A stretch of 64,000 nt of DNA from Podarcis filfolensis (Eukaryota). This document shows positions 53,106 through 63,211 of this stretch, piece by piece; the stretch's first letter is position 1; the number at the start of each line of letters is the position of its first letter. Where the stretch lies: NCBI GenBank assembly GCA_964270895.1, contig OZ185435.1, one strand, 5' to 3'. The notes under the pieces were generated by a model that saw only the letters and a list, made by a program, of their open reading frames with translations, was not told where the DNA came from and searched no databases. The position numbers and the translations under genes were made by a program.

Positions 53106-53559
53106 GGGGGTGCTGCCCAGGTGCAAAGGAGGAAAGGGTTCCTATACCTTTAATAGGTGTGCAGAAGAAGGAATTTCAGCAGATGTCATTTGTCAGGAAA
53201 GGTATCCCTGCCGAAATCCTCCCTTCTGTATAACAAATAAAGATGCCCCCTACCTCCAGCATGCACTAAAGATTGTACCCAGGAGATCAGGACGCTGTTG
53301 CTACCACCAGCTTCAACTAAGGGTGTGCATTCAATTCAAAGAAATTCCAAACTGAAAGAAGTCACTTCAAAGAGGCAGACCTCTTTATAAGCCCACTGAC
53401 ATATTAAGCTGGATTAACTCAACGTTACTTAAATTTTCCTGTCTTCTTTTATCTGGGATTCAGCTAATGTTTGACACAGGAAATGGAAAGGTATCAAACG
53501 CTGCATGACCAGTGGTAGACTCTGGGCCTCCATTGTTTATACAGGGCACTCTAACTTAC

Positions 53560-53823
53560 CTGAATGGTTGCAATGAGACGGTTCCACAAGTCTGCCGGTC
53601 TTATCGTAGCAGGCCAGGGCTCTGAAGCGCACCCCTTCTCCGCATTCCTTGGCATGCCCGTGAAATCTCTGTTCTAGCTGCAGCTCTGTTTTCCCTACGG
53701 AAATTATGCATTCCGACCAATTTCCATGGGGCCGGCTGGTAAATATTGTGCAAGGGCATGGTTCCGCTTCAACAAGGGGATACACTTCTGTATTCTGGCA
53801 CTTGTCTCGCTTTCTGCTTCTCC
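53560..53823 (-). CDS. THSD7B: THSD7B internal coding exon (264 nt, phase 1-1)
   Basis: Acceptor ggaacag|GG and donor TCAG|gtaagt. It encodes (G)RSRKRDKCQNTEVYPLVEAEPCPCTIFTSRPHGNWSECIISVGKTELQLEQRFHGHAKECGEGVRFRALACYDKTGRLVEPSHCNHS(G), in frame with both neighbouring exons. Confidence 0.95.
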
Positions 53824-53857
53824 CTGTTCCGACCGGGAAAATATGCTTGTTAGCGTA
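53824..53857 (-). promoter_or_regulatory. 3' splice site with consensus branch point
   Basis: The minus strand reads tacgctAAc aagcatattttcccggtcggaacag. CGCTAAC fits YNYTRAY with the branch A at -27. The pyrimidine tract is short. Confidence 0.65.
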
Positions 53858-55757
53858 GCATCTGCTGCTTTTGATAACAATATGTCGTATTATTTACACT
53901 TGAAGGGGTTTGATACAGTTAGAACCAACACAATCTGAAATGTAAATACAGAAGAGCTGGTTCAAAGACATCTGTTAGTTGTTGTTGCCTGTGCTCCAGA
54001 GGGCCGAGAAAATGTCGCTGTCTCCAGGGCAACCAGAGAACCTAAAGGAACTTGTGGAGGAGGGGGAATTGTTTGGGATGAAGCACAAAATGATAGAAAG
54101 AGAACAACTGTCTGCCTACTCTTATTAGGAAAAAACACACCTGAAAAAGCTCTTAATTTGCCCCATAATTATCTTAGGAAAGTAAATTTATTATCTCCCT
54201 TCTCTCCCCTCACTTTGAGCCCTGCAATCTCATCACTGGTTGCTTAGGGAAACCCACTAGGTAGATTCAGCAAGCTGCGGCTCTTCCTTCGAAGTTATTT
54301 TGCAAATTAGCTGAATACACAACAGGGATATGTACTAGATCTTCATGAGATCAGGGATAACTCTATGAGTAGACAAGAAATGCTTAAGGCCCGGCAGGGT
54401 ATTTTGGTCAAGAATGTTTAACACTGTAACACCGCCCATGTTCAACTTGTATATTTGTAAATAAACACAAAGAAATTACACAATGCCAACAAACGTCAAG
54501 TGACATCATTCTAAAGGAGACCAAGTCCAGCCCAGGTAAGCACTGCACCAGTGAAACTTCTCATCACCTGGAGATTTTGAAGCTCAAAAACTGCCATTTC
54601 TTTTAAGCTCTTTCAATGCGTTGTGTCACACTTTCAGTTTACCACAAAGTTCTCTACTGAGAGAAGCAAGTACAATTCTTCCTCCCCTTCCCTCTTTCCT
54701 GACTTCAGCAAATCTACCAATCTATTCCAGAAGTGGACTTGTCCTGAGAGGACAATCTTTAAACATAACTTTTCTTTATCCCATTGTATCTCGACACCAA
54801 GGGCTTCATTTCACTTTGCATTAACAGGTGACACAATAAGTATGCACACTCAGCAGCTGTCAAGTAATACTTTTGAAAGTGAAAAGTTGCATGTAAGCCA
54901 ACCATGAGTTCCCTCCACAGATATTGAGATATTAACACAATTTAACTGGATTGCTTGCATCAAAGAATATTCATTCCACTCTATTTTCCAAATGGTTTTT
55001 AATTAGCACGTTAACATTCTCAGAGCTGGTTTTAAAAATGATGATCAGAAATTATTTTTAATCAAGACCCAGCAGTCTTAAAGACTTTTTCTATTTAAAT
55101 AAAAATGGTTTTTGAACATTAACAAAAAAGTGTTCAGTTTTTTGGGGGTCGGGGACAGGGAGGACGTCACCCAACAATATTTTGCAATAGCCTATTTCTC
55201 CTTCACACAAAACAGTCAGTTTCAATGCCTGCACATTTGACTGAGTTAATGATTAAAGAAGATAAATATGCCTTTCTTGAACATAAAGCTTTTTTTTCAA
55301 AAATGTTAGCTGCATAATACAGATTTCAAAGTAGTGTAACCTCAAATTACCTTCTAACCAGCATTTGCTTGGGGATGCTTCTGTAACGAATAATGCTAAA
55401 TGTAAAGCCCACACATGTATTTAAGCATAAAATAAATCATGCTATTAAATACAAAGTGAGAAGGAAGCTAATCCACGTCCACATTAACATACTCTAAGCA
55501 GCAGGATGATTTTCAATAAAAGCCATAAAATTGACCAATTTTCATGATGAATCAGATACATTTATTTGAGAAAAATATTAATACCAGCTACCTCACTTTC
55601 CTTTTTAATAAATCAACCAAGGCAGCACTTCTCATAGCCTCAAGATTTAAACAGCGTTTCCTTCTTTGCTTACTTTCACTTTTTTGTGATTTGCTTAAAA
55701 TGGAGTGTTTGGTGTGTAACTATGCTTTGATTATGGAGGGATGTGGGTGTTCTAGAG

Positions 55758-55894
55758 CAGGCATAGGCAAACTCGGGCCTCCAGATGTTTTCGGACTACA
55801 CTTCCCATCATCCCTGACTGCTGGTCCTGTTAGCTAGGGATCATGGGAGTTGTAGGTCAAAAACATCTGGAGGGACCAGTTTGCCTATGCCTAT
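55758..55894. mobile_element. hAT (Buster/Charlie-type) MITE, same family as 6455-6589
   Basis: TIR CAGGCATAGGCAAACT / AGTTTGCCTATGCCTA and a perfect TSD TTCTAGAG (55750-55757 and 55895-55902). The shared core is atcatccctg..c.ctggtcctgttagctaggg. Confidence 0.92.
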
Positions 55895-56294
55895 TCTAGA
55901 GGAAATAAGGTCCAGCTTATTCATATATTACAAGAGTGGCATGGGAGCCACCCTTCTGGATGAGTCCCAGGAATAAAGTGGGGGTCATGTGGGATTCGAA
56001 AGCTGCCATGTCAACAGCACAGCTTTACAGGCTATATAAAGTCGGAGCTAAGCATATAACCTGCTACTGAACTTCTGCAGCGTTGTAGTCTCTCCAAACT
56101 TATTCTGCTCAAAATAAAGCAAGAAGACTTGCCAGGCTACTTTGCTGCATTAAGACTTTAACAGTCTCTGTTTAGTCCCATTAGGAAATGGGGAGGCCCA
56201 CATCTGTACTGTGCAATCCATGGTCTTCAGCTACTCCCATACATGAGACCTAGATGACTTCCGTAGGAACAGCAAGGATGGGTGTTAGTAAGAT

Positions 56295-56512
56295 GAAGAA
56301 GAGTTTAGATTTGATATCCCGCTTTTTCACCACCCTAAGGAGTATCAAAGCAGCTAACAACAAACACTCTGTGAGGTGAGTGAGGCTGAGAGACTTCAGA
56401 GAAGTATGACTAGCCCAAGGTCACCCAGCAGCTGCATGTGGAAGAGCGGGGATGCGAACCCGGTTCACCAGATTACGAGTCCACTGTTCTTAACCACTAC
56501 ACCACACTGGCT
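56295..56512 (-). mobile_element. Squam3 (Ther1/MIR-derived) SINE
   Basis: The minus strand reads agccagtgtggtgtagtggttaagaacagtggactcgtaatctggtgaaccgggttcgcatcc...gggtgaccttgggctagtca, with tail aaatctaaactcttcttc. Confidence 0.85.
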
Positions 56513-57996
56513 GTAGGAGTAACATCTCGTATGACCCTGAGCCAAACTCTGTGTCTACTGTCCTATGCTATGATATACCAAATCTGAATGAATAAGAATA
56601 AAACACATGAGAAACATTTTGCTGTCACGCTTTGCACTTATAACATTTAATATTTTCTATTTCCACTTAAAAGGAGAATGCTTTAGTTATCGGGACATTC
56701 TATTAGCCGAGGTGATACATCAAAGGCTTCAACAACAAAGTGGGGAAAGAAATAAACATGACAGCTTTAGTAAACATTTCCAGCATAAAGAGGTTCTAGG
56801 ACTGAATATCAAAAATGCACAGTAGCTATTGCCTTTTTGTTTGTTTGTTTTAAAGTAACATGCAACCAATTAAAGGGTGCTCTGCTACTGTAAGCAAGGC
56901 ATCATGCAGCTTTTCAATAACATTATTGCATTATCTGTTCACATGAGAATTCATGAGCATGGCTCATTAAAGAACAAGAGTTATTCAGGCATGGGTATTA
57001 TTATACCATTTTCTGATTATTCTTGCCTGTGTGTGTGTGTGTGTATAGAGTTTACACTATAATGGCTTTCACTGTGATGCCTGTGTTTAAAAACCAACAG
57101 GAATTCTCAGTCTCCCTGAAGCCATGGCTTACCAATACATATAGTTAAATTCTTATCATAAAACACTGAATGGCCATTTTGCAGTAGAGTAACATTTATG
57201 GTTCTGCTTTTTTTTACACCTGGTATTATACCCTAAAGTAATTCTCTTGTGAGTTATAACAGTGATATGCTAGAGGCGGCATTTCCACCTTTAATAATAT
57301 AAAAAGCCAAGGTTATATTATTCCTTTAAAAAAACAAAAACATTTTGCCATATAATAGAGGGGGTAAGTGGATTCTCTTTTGCAATTGTTTGATCTTGCT
57401 GTATTTACTAGAGCAAAGCAGTAAACACTTTAATGTCAAATGGAGAGTCAGATCCGGTTATTGCTGCCTAAGGTAGAAGTACAGTGGCAATGGTGCCCAG
57501 GCAAAGGATTTAATATTAGCCTGATGCTCTTGAAAGCTCAGGTTTGGTCCTTGACCTGTGTGTGTTTCTACCATGCTCATAGGGTAATGTTCTGTGCAAA
57601 TGCATAGAGGACTGAACTGCATCTTCCTCTTCTTCTTCAGAGAACACCCCCCCCCCCACACACACACACTATTAGGGTCTCTGTGCATGCATGCATTCAC
57701 ATCAAGTGGTCACTGTAAATAGCTATACTGTACATTGACTAAATACACAAAGTGAATCTGAGGATTGGCACCAACATGGAAATATAGGTAACTGAGAGCA
57801 ATAGACTAAAAGCTCACTCTGAAAATGAACTGGGTCCCCTCAACCAGGCCCATCAAAAACTGAAACTCATTGAGCATGGGGTTGTTGTTTAACTAGACTG
57901 CTAACGGGCCCCTGGTTTCCCCAAATCTCAGACCTTTCCATCCCTTCTGCCAACTGCTCACATGATTATTTTCCCTTCCCCCCAAGCCCTTCTAAA

Positions 57997-58363
57997 AAAG
58001 GTAAAGGTAAAGGACCCCTGACAGTTAAGTCCAGTCGCAAATGACTCTAGGGTTGCGGCACTCATCTCACTTTACTGGCTGAGGGAGCCGACGTTTGTCC
58101 GCAGAAAGTTTTTCCGGGTCATGTGGCCAGCATGACTAAGCTGCTTCTGCAAAACCAGAGCAGTGCACAGAAATGCTGTTTACCTTCCCACTGGAGTGGT
58201 ACCTATTTATCTACTTGCACTTTGATGTGCTTTCAAATTGCTAGGTTGGCAGGAGCTGGGACCGAGCAACAGGAGCTCACCCCGTCGTGGGGATTCAAAC
58301 TGCCGACCTTCCGACTGGCAAGCCCTGCACTCAGTAGTTTAGACCACAGCACCACCCGCGTCC
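57997..58363 (-). mobile_element. Full-length Sauria SINE (longer, more diverged variant)
   Basis: Same architecture as 37523-37870 but with an extra segment (tttgtccgcagaaagttttt). No clear TSD. Confidence 0.92.
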
Positions 58364-58463
58364 TCCTACCAAGGGACAAATCTTGCCTTGTGAGATAGCC
58401 AGCATGGTGGCTCATCCCTGAGAGCTTCTCCAGACTTCCACCTGTCCCAAGTTTTATATTTCC

Positions 58464-58589
58464 CCACAGCTTTGTCCTGAAAAACACTCTCTTTACCACT
58501 GAATTGGGCAATCAGCAATCTAGAGAAAACCCAATTGCTGTTTGGTCCAATTCAGTGGTAAACTGCAGGTTTCCCTGGGGAAGCTGTGG
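58464..58589. repeat. Fold-back (hairpin) element, copy 2 (family of 35422-35560)
   Basis: ccacagcttt...tttaccactgaattgggcaatcagcaat pairs with attgctgtttggtccaattcagtggtaaa...aagctgtgg. The loop ctagagaaaaccca resembles the copy 1 loop. Confidence 0.85.
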
Positions 58590-58757
58590 ACGATCTCTGA
58601 ATGGGAGAGGCCTCTCTGGTAGACCTCTCCCATTCAAAAAGGAACTGGCAACAGCCCACAATGTACGCGCCCACCCATTTGAGCAGGGACTGTGCACAAG
58701 CAAAATCCGGGTGGGCAGTCCACTCAAGGTGGAGTGAATTGACCACTTTGGTTTGTC

Positions 58758-58815
58758 AAAGAAAGAAAGAAAGGAAGGAAGGAAGGAAGGAAGGAAGGAA
58801 GGAAGGAAGGAAGGA
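58758..58815. repeat. (GAAA)3(GGAA)10 homopurine tract
   Basis: Read directly from the sequence. Confidence 0.95.
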
Positions 58816-60301
58816 GTAGGGAAATTTACCTACATGAGTGCCCATATGCAATTTCTCATGACACCCCTAATTGAGAGTGCTGAGATGACTGATGATTCAT
58901 TTCTCTGTGGAGCTAAACAGAATAGATTCCAATCCTTCCTGGAATATACTCACTTAGAGACATTGTCAGCCATCTGGGTGAACTACTTAAGCAGTACATC
59001 CTACAAGAGGAGTTCAAATGGTGCTACATTTACACCTCTCACTAATTAAAGCAAGGATTTTTTCCCCCCTTTTCGTTAATCAATACTTTAGAGCATTCAG
59101 CAGGATGGGACTGCCCACAACAACACAGTAGGGTATGTCAGTATAGCCCTCTTGAGGCATTTAGCCTGAACACACAATGGCAACAAGTATGTGGGAGGCC
59201 AGAAATATGTGCGCTGCCCATGTTCCCAACATCTCTGTGTGCCAGCCTAGTCCTCTCCACTCCCTTATGACTTTTAGCATGAGGGACTCAAGGGAACTTG
59301 CAAGTATGCTCAGCATGCTGAGTTTTCTAGGTATGGTCATCTGAATGCACTCGGAAGCCCACTTCAGACCCTCACACTCAACATGGGCTTGGAACAGGGA
59401 CATCAGGGGAAGGGTGTCGTGAATCCCCTATGTCCCCAGGAGGCACACCTAAAGGATGATGATGATGATCCTCACATCAAAATTAGGAGGCTGGGGAAAT
59501 GTTAGGAGCCTACAATCTCTCACTGCCAAATCCACTTTACATGTCTCTTAGGTCTTTGCTTTCTTAATTAAAGCCATGCAACAGGGAAGCGTGTAGGAAG
59601 GGAAAGCTTATCTCTTCGTTCCCAAATTCAACTGGAACTAAAATAATCCTCTCCTGCACAACTAGAACACATGGGGGGGGACCCTCATACACCTGTAATG
59701 AATAAAAGTAGGAAGGGAGAGAGAGAGAGAGCTACATGCTGCACATTAAAGTTTATGTTTAGTCTGGCCATTAGTGAGTTCATAGCTGTCATGGTATTTG
59801 AACTGAGCACTTCCTGTGTCAGGGTGCAGTTAGATATAAACAGATTTCCTGTTCCATTGATTAGCCTTATAATCATTCTAATACCCTAGTTCTCAACAGA
59901 GAGCACATTGCAACAACAACAGCTCAATGCTACACTAGCTGTCAAAAAAAGAGTGCATCACAGCAACACAGAAGTGCTGTTCTCCACTGACAAGCCGTTT
60001 GTGAAGTGCTGTCCAGCGGATCTTTGCTAAGCGGCCTCTAGGCTGTTTTCTCTGAGAGACAAATATGTTTTAGTGCTGTGCCAGGTATGTCACTTTCCAG
60101 ACAATCCTTCATATCCCCAAATGATTCATGTAGTCTGACAACAGAGGAATAGTTCAGGCAAGAGGTGTTGCCTATGGATGGACACATAGAATATGCTTGG
60201 GGAGAGAACAGTGACTGGTTGTGACCAGTTAGGCTAGCTGAAGGGTTTGTGCATGAAAAAAAGCAATAAAAGTTGGGGCTACCTGTGGACTGATGGGACG
60301 T

Positions 60302-60470
60302 AAGAATATAATAAGAGTGTGGCTGGATCAAGCCAAGGGCTTGTTCACTGTTTCCTACAACTAAGATGTGAGGGCAACAGCACACTTTTCTTGTGTTTTC
60401 CAGCAACTGGTATTTGGAGTGATGCTGCCACTCATCCATTTGGCCACACGACCAGTAGCCAGTCATAGTC
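60302..60470 (-). mobile_element. Degraded CR1-type 3' end fragment
   Basis: aagaatataataagagtgtggctggatcaagccaagggc...ttttccagcaactggtatt is reverse-complementary to the 44130-44308 type. Confidence 0.5.
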
Positions 60471-60872
60471 TGGCTACTATGAAACCTCGTTGATGGGCTA
60501 CCATTATAAAAAAATGATGACGACTAGAATCCCATTTGGTCTGTCAGTGACAGCCAAGTTTTGTATTTTGCTGTCATTTTGTAACCAAAACCACTGCTTT
60601 GATTGTATTAGTTTAAGGGAGCCCCTTCCTGTGTTGACTTTGAAACTGTGGTGGTTGAGATACTCAGTGGCCACTTCTATGTCTCTCCTGGCCAAACTCC
60701 TGCAGTGGCACAGTGGTGGAGCACGAATTTCAGTAATCATAACTGTATTGTGCTACTTCAACATAAATGTAAAGCACCTTCTATGAACAATGCCCTAACT
60801 GTATCTGACAAATTTTCAAAGTCATTTCGAAACAAAAGGACTAAAGGATGAAGTATAAAATATTGATACTAC

Positions 60873-61067
60873 CTGTGAGGGTTCGTCTTCTACTTCGCGT
60901 TGATTCACAGTCTGAAGCACATGCGGAAAATTTAGACCAAGGGGTGAATGTGCAGTCATCTTTGCATGGAATCAGGCAGTCCTGAACAAGGGATGGCATA
61001 GGTTCTGCCCACTTCAAGCACTCACTGACATCTACTGAATGGTTGCTTTCCAAAACACATGTAACAA
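60873..61067 (-). CDS. THSD7B: THSD7B internal coding exon (195 nt, phase 1-1), TSR domain
   Basis: Acceptor ttattttgtccag|TT and donor ACAG|gtagta. It encodes VTCVLESNHSVDVSECLKWAEPMPSLVQDCLIPCKDDCTFTPWSKFSACASDCESTRSRRRTLT(G), collinear with the THSD7B segment VSC...PCREDCTFTAWSKF...RRRQLTG. Confidence 0.93.
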
Positions 61068-61552
61068 CTGGACAAAATAAATGCACAAAAGAAAACAGTG
61101 AGTGCTGCAGAGGCATAGGAAAAGTTAAGAAGCAAGTATCTATAGTGTGTTCCTTCCAATCAAGATCTCAAAAGCACTGAACTAATGAAGTCAATAACAT
61201 TTTTTAAATCTGTATACAGGTTATTTAGAAAGATGCTTGTTTGTTTTTCAGAATTGAAACTACATAGGTCCCTGGAACAAAGAATGCATAGCTTAATGTA
61301 GTGATGAAATGATTAATATACATTCTGATGTACTCTGTCCCATGACTCCAGCGACAGAACTTTTGGGGGACACTGGTGTTTCAGTGCAATTATAGAGCAC
61401 TGCTTCCCATAACAGATTGTCTTTTCTGAACTGCACAAACACAGCAGAAAGATCTTGGCATTTAAATTATTTGCAACAAGGAAGGAGTCTCAAAGTCTCC
61501 ATGTGCTCAAAGGACACAGAAACACGAGCATGGCCTATTGGCACTATAAACT

Positions 61553-61554
<2 letters not shown>

Positions 61555-61602
<48 letters not shown>
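61555..61602. repeat. (AT)24 microsatellite
   Basis: Read directly from the sequence. Confidence 0.95.
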
Positions 61603-61604
<2 letters not shown>

Positions 61605-63001
61605 CAACATTTATTTATGTGCATAGAATGCTGTGGATCTGCCTGCAGCAACTAAACTTGCAAGCTACATTACACAACAGTTATCCTCAGTTGCCTATTA
61701 ATAATAGCTTCTTGTCCACCAGTTTGTTAGCCAGTTCTATGGCAAAGTAGTATGAAAGGTATATTAAGAATAATTTCCCCCTTATTTCCACGGGCTGTTA
61801 TTGCTGACAATTTACAGTGCACTCTCACAGAGGTTGCAGTGATATTTGACCCAGTTCACTTTGACCCAAAAATTGTACAGAATTGGGGATTTGGAAGGGA
61901 CTGCTGGAATTCAAAATGATTTCCAGGTATAAGTGTGCTCCATATGATCATGGACCCAGCTAAAGTGTGTGGTTTTGGTTACTCAAATTTCAACCTGAGT
62001 GAATTGATTTTAGGCAATGAAAATTGGGGTTGTTTTTTTTAAAAAAAAATGTAAGCTGATATGTTTTGATTAAATTAATACTTTAAAAAAATGAGGCTAG
62101 ATCTTAAGATGGCAAGATTCCTCCAGAGAACGCTGTCCCATATTAATGGCTGGTTCTTTTCTCACACATTACAATTCAGCTCCAGCGATCTAGTTAAGCT
62201 CTATGATTTCATGTTAGGCTGATATTTTGTCCTATAAAGCTGTGGAATGATGCAATAATTGGACTGAGATTCTATTACATCTTCAACAAGCTGGCTGCAT
62301 CATTACAAAGATTACTGATTAATCCACACTTTAATGGCTATCTGTGTTGTTTTCATTGCCTCTGAAGTGGATTGGAATTGCAAAATGAGAAGAAAAGGGA
62401 ATAAAGTTAAACGCATGTTTATATACACACACAATTTTTTTATTAAATAAAAAAAAAGCTGGAATAGATTTATTTGGATGAAAGTTATATCAGTGAAGCA
62501 AAATAACAACTTGAAAACATTGGGGATTCTGCCCCCCCCCCCGCCATGTCAAGACAATACTTTAATCAGTCTGCACAGACCCAGCAGAACCTTAAATCAA
62601 TATTTTAATAATGACTCCTAAAATGCTAATAGTTAAATTGTGATTGCTTTGTCTCTTAAATTCTCTCTTAACTGGCAGCGTATCCAGCAGTCAACATAAA
62701 GGTTACCCTTGTCAGTGAAGAGGGATATCCTCTCTAGAAGATTAAATGTTATAAATGAAGGTACTCATTATCTCTGGGAGTACTAGACCCATATATGCAT
62801 GCCTTTTCTCTTTTATATGATCTAAAAATTATGTACTACACATCTGTGTGTTCTGAACAGAGGACAGCAACCCCACCTATTTCTTGTATGTAGAAAGAAG
62901 CCACCAGATCAGCTCCTGTAGTAAACTAACATTTCCCCATATATAATACTGATTGTAAGAAGGAATGCCACTTCTAAAAAAATCTAGGTAGTTGTATCTC
63001 T

Positions 63002-63211
63002 GGGCTGTATTCAACAATGTCACTACATTAGTGGAACAATTTCCACTCTCACAATGGAACTGCAGTTCTCCTTCCTCACACCATGTACCACTAGTAACCC
63101 CCTCCCTCCAAAAAAAAAAAAAGGATGCACAGAGGGAGGAGAGGGAAAGGAAATCCCACTGTGTGGGCAGAAGTCATTCTGCTCATGGAATGGCTTTGTT
63201 GGATCCAGCCC
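63002..63211. mobile_element. Old fold-back element with ~60-bp degenerate inverted arms
   Basis: gggctgtattcaacaatgtcact... aligns without gaps to the reverse complement of ...ggaatggctttgttggatccagccc at roughly two-thirds identity. Confidence 0.6.

Noticed and set aside
52949-53233. 94-aa plus-strand ORF
   Set aside because: It is the antisense frame of the L2 3' end running into another repeat fragment.
60873-60900. RSRR as a furin cleavage site
   Set aside because: It lies in the conserved TSR arginine ladder (RxRxR strand that stacks with Trp), so a structural role explains it.
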